Below, in pieces: positions 61,471-64,000 of a stretch of 64,000 bases of DNA (positions are counted from its first letter, which is position 1; each line of letters begins with the position of its first letter). The stretch is taken from assembly GCA_036679065.1 (NCBI GenBank), contig JAZIGN010000001.1, positions 128,001 through 192,000 on the forward strand, in the 5' to 3' direction. A program made the position numbers and the translations under genes. Source of the DNA: Coprothermobacterota bacterium. Lineage in GTDB: Bacteria; Coprothermobacterota; Coprothermobacteria; Coprothermobacterales; Coprothermobacteraceae. The notes under the pieces are model-generated. The model did not search any database and was not told the DNA's origin. It saw only the letters and a list, made by a program, of their open reading frames with translations.

Positions 61471-62299
61471 CCAGTTCTTAGATTCTTTAAGAGCATCTGG
61501 CTATTCCGAGCACACGCTAAAAGCGTACCATGTAGATTTAAGGCAGTACTTCACATTCACCACAAGTCTGGATCAAAAGAACGTTGATGAGTACTTGATG
61601 CACTTGTCAAGGAAGGGCATGGCATCAGCATCCCTGAATCGATTCCTATCGTCTCTTAGGAAGTTCTGTAGTTTCTTGAAAAAACACGGTTATGATGTGC
61701 CAGTTATGGAGCTTAGTGGTTTTAAGACAGGTATTAAAGTTCCACGTGTTGTTTTAAGGGATGACATTGGTAAACTTTTGGATTTACCTGAGAACAATCC
61801 TATAGAAATCAGAGATAAAGCTTTGGTGTGGTTCTTGCTGGGCACGGGTACAAGAATAAGCGAAGCACTTTCTTTGAATGTGGAGGACATTGATTTTAGG
61901 ACAGGCAGTTGTCAGGTTCTTGGTAAAGGGCGTAAAAAACGGACGATCTACATTCCATCGAAAGCGTTAAAATTGCTAAGAAGGTACATGGAGGCATTTA
62001 ACTTGACCCAGGGTCCACTTTTCTTGAATATGCAAGGGCAAGCATTGACAGACAGAGGGGCCAGGTACATCTTGCATAAAATTAGCACAAAATACGGGCT
62101 GCGGGACTTAGTACATCCTCATACGCTCAGGCACACATTTGCCACTAATCTACTCGAAGAAGGCGCGAACCTACGAGAAATACAGGAACTTCTTGGGCAC
62201 AGCAGTCTACGTTCTACTCAAATATACACCCATGTCTCACCAGTCATGGTAAGAGAGGCTATTGAGGCCATGCGAAAGGAGGCCAAGAACAAACCATGA
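61439..62299 (+). CDS. xerC: Tyrosine recombinase XerC/XerD family
   Basis: G.RISE, GKG.K.R, HPHTLRHTFAT, LLGH, TQIYTH; follows trmFO as codV/xerC does in Bacillus. Confidence 0.9.
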   Translation: MQLENWAELLDQFLDSLRASGYSEHTLKAYHVDLRQYFTFTTSLDQKNVDEYLMHLSRKGMASASLNRFLSSLRKFCSFLKKHGYDVPVMELSGFKTGIKVPRVVLRDDIGKLLDLPENNPIEIRDKALVWFLLGTGTRISEALSLNVEDIDFRTGSCQVLGKGRKKRTIYIPSKALKLLRRYMEAFNLTQGPLFLNMQGQALTDRGARYILHKISTKYGLRDLVHPHTLRHTFATNLLEEGANLREIQELLGHSSLRSTQIYTHVSPVMVREAIEAMRKEAKNKP

Positions 62300-63552
62300 A
62301 AGTGTGTTTTAAAAACGTTTGGTATCCTGATTACGAAAAGAAGAACCTGGTACGTGGAACATTTTACGTGGACGGAGAAAGGATAACTTTCAGCGAGCCA
62401 GAACACATAGATGCCATGTTTGCTGATACCCTGGTTACCCCAGGGTTTTTTGATGCCCACAGCCACGTTGCCATGAGCTTGTTTAGAGGCGTTGGCGATG
62501 ATGTAGACCTGGATCGGTGGCTTAATGAGTACATTTGGCCTCTTGAGGCAAGGTTAAATGATGATTACGTTTATTGGGCCTCGTTACTTGCTTGTATGGA
62601 ACTTGTCCGCAGTGGTGCTACGACGTTCCTTGATATGTATTTCTGGGAAAAAGCTACCTTGGAGGCTGCTAACGAGGTGGGTATCAGGCCTATTTTCACT
62701 CCAGGTATTATTGAAAGGCCTGGTTGGGAGACGGCACTGCAACGCACAGAAGAGTTAAGGGATTTAGGCGCATTGGTGGGTGTGGGGCCTCATGCGCTCT
62801 ACACGGTTTCCATGAACATTTTGCCTGATGTGGTAAAATTCGCAAAGAAAAACAAATTATTCTTGCACATGCATCTTATGGAGACAGCCTCCGAAAAGGC
62901 GTATATACATAACGTTTTAGGTGAAGAATATCTTCGTAGGCTTGAAGAAATTGGATTCTTCGAGGTACCTGTGGTTTTTGCTCATGGTGTTCACCTTTCT
63001 GATGACGATTTGTCCTTTTTAAAAGACAAGAACGTTGTTGTGGCCCACTGCCCTCAAAGCAATATGAAGCTTTCTTCAGGGCTATTCCGCTGGGATTTAG
63101 CTAAGAATAACGGAGTTTCTGTGGCCATAGGTACGGATGGTGCTGCTTCTAATAACAACTTGGATTTTGTAGAAGAAATGAGAACAGCGGTACTTTTGGC
63201 TCGCGGAGTATCTGGAAAACCAGATGTGCTTTCTCCCATGGAAATTCTTGAAGCTGCCACCTCTGTGCCGGCAAGAAGATTGGGTTTGGCGTTGGGTGAG
63301 GTAAGAGAGGGCTATCTTGCAGACTTAGTGGTCTGGGACGTGGAGGATTTATCCATGGTCCCAGTGGATGACCCACAGGACTGGCTGTCCCATGTGGTTT
63401 ACTCAGCTGGAACTCAGGCGGTGAGTGATGTCTTTGTTCAAGGGCGTTGGGTGCTTCGCAGTAAGTCGTTCGTGGGCGTTAACGTGTCAGAAGTGGTAGA
63501 GCAGGTGAGTAAAAGACGTCGTGCCATAAGAAAGGAGGACTTAATACGGTGA
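62296..63552 (+). CDS. mtaD: 5'-methylthioadenosine/S-adenosylhomocysteine deaminase-like amidohydrolase
   Basis: PGF.DAHSH, WPLE, PHALYT, HMHL.E, HCPQSN.KL.SG, GTDGAASNNNLD. Confidence 0.85.
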   Translation: MKVCFKNVWYPDYEKKNLVRGTFYVDGERITFSEPEHIDAMFADTLVTPGFFDAHSHVAMSLFRGVGDDVDLDRWLNEYIWPLEARLNDDYVYWASLLACMELVRSGATTFLDMYFWEKATLEAANEVGIRPIFTPGIIERPGWETALQRTEELRDLGALVGVGPHALYTVSMNILPDVVKFAKKNKLFLHMHLMETASEKAYIHNVLGEEYLRRLEEIGFFEVPVVFAHGVHLSDDDLSFLKDKNVVVAHCPQSNMKLSSGLFRWDLAKNNGVSVAIGTDGAASNNNLDFVEEMRTAVLLARGVSGKPDVLSPMEILEAATSVPARRLGLALGEVREGYLADLVVWDVEDLSMVPVDDPQDWLSHVVYSAGTQAVSDVFVQGRWVLRSKSFVGVNVSEVVEQVSKRRRAIRKEDLIR

Positions 63553-64000
63553 AAATTGGTGTCATTGGAGGATCCGGAATTTATAAGATTGAAGGTGTGC
63601 CTTCTACGGAGATTAGCGTGAATACGGAATACGGAGATGTAACTGTGTTCGTGGCTCAGGTTGACGGTAGAGAGGTTTATTTCCTACCTCGGCATGGCTT
63701 AGGTCACTCCGTTCCACCTCATTTGGTAAACTACAGAGCTAACATTCGTGCTCTTCAAGGTCTTGGAGCTCAGAGAGTTATTGCTACAAACGCTGTGGGA
63801 AGTTTAAACGCTGAAATTAAGCCTGGAACAGTGGTATTAGTTGACCAGTTCTTGGATTTTACGAAGGGGAGAAGATCCACGTTTTTCGAGGAGGGAAAGG
63901 TGGTCCATACTGATATGACTAATCCTTATTGCCTTGAAATGATCGAAGTGGCTTCAAAGCTTCAGACCCCTTTCCCCCTGAGGAAAGGTGGGGTCATGGT
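63549..64000 (+). CDS. mtnP: MTA/MTI phosphorylase (MTAP family), 3' truncated by window
   Basis: GTG 63549 after GGAGG: MKIGVIGGSGIY...TEYG...FLPRHG..H..PPH.VNYRANI.AL...NAVGSL...DQFLDFT. Confidence 0.92.
   Translation, partial: MKIGVIGGSGIYKIEGVPSTEISVNTEYGDVTVFVAQVDGREVYFLPRHGLGHSVPPHLVNYRANIRALQGLGAQRVIATNAVGSLNAEIKPGTVVLVDQFLDFTKGRRSTFFEEGKVVHTDMTNPYCLEMIEVASKLQTPFPLRKGGVM

Noticed and set aside
61439..62299. Tyrosine recombinase as a sign of a mobile element
   Set aside because: Its size and position after trmFO match chromosomal XerC; no att sites or cargo seen

Overview
This is a dense, mostly + strand core-genome segment from an anaerobic, probably thermophilic bacterium. The branched-polyamine synthase, Na+-type V/A-ATPase and Firmicutes-like gene order resemble Coprothermobacter; that assignment is inference and was not checked against a database. 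The first third holds the end of an oligopeptide ABC operon, lipA, comF, six tRNAs, argS-pyrG, an aminotransferase/SRPBCC/flavoprotein/purA block between two tRNA-Pro genes, a basic-amino-acid decarboxylase and a V/A-ATPase operon. The rest holds a PFK homologue, a reduced dcw cluster, ileS-lspA-rluD-serS, a displaced class B PBP, a PfkB homologue, bpsA, acpS-nnr-dnaG-rpoD-uvrB, ylxM-ffh through rplS-lepB-rnhB-yraN-comM-dprA, and trmFO-xerC-mtaD-mtnP. I found no CRISPR array, transposase or prophage. The most notable signals are: (1) three apparent pseudoenzymes (PfkA-like, PfkB-like, NrdG-like) with intact ORFs but replaced catalytic motifs; (2) repeated leaderless-mRNA promoter architecture; (3) tRNA promoters built into the stop codons of upstream genes; (4) an uncharacterised aminotransferase + START-domain + Cys-cluster flavoprotein module in a window rich in polyamine genes.
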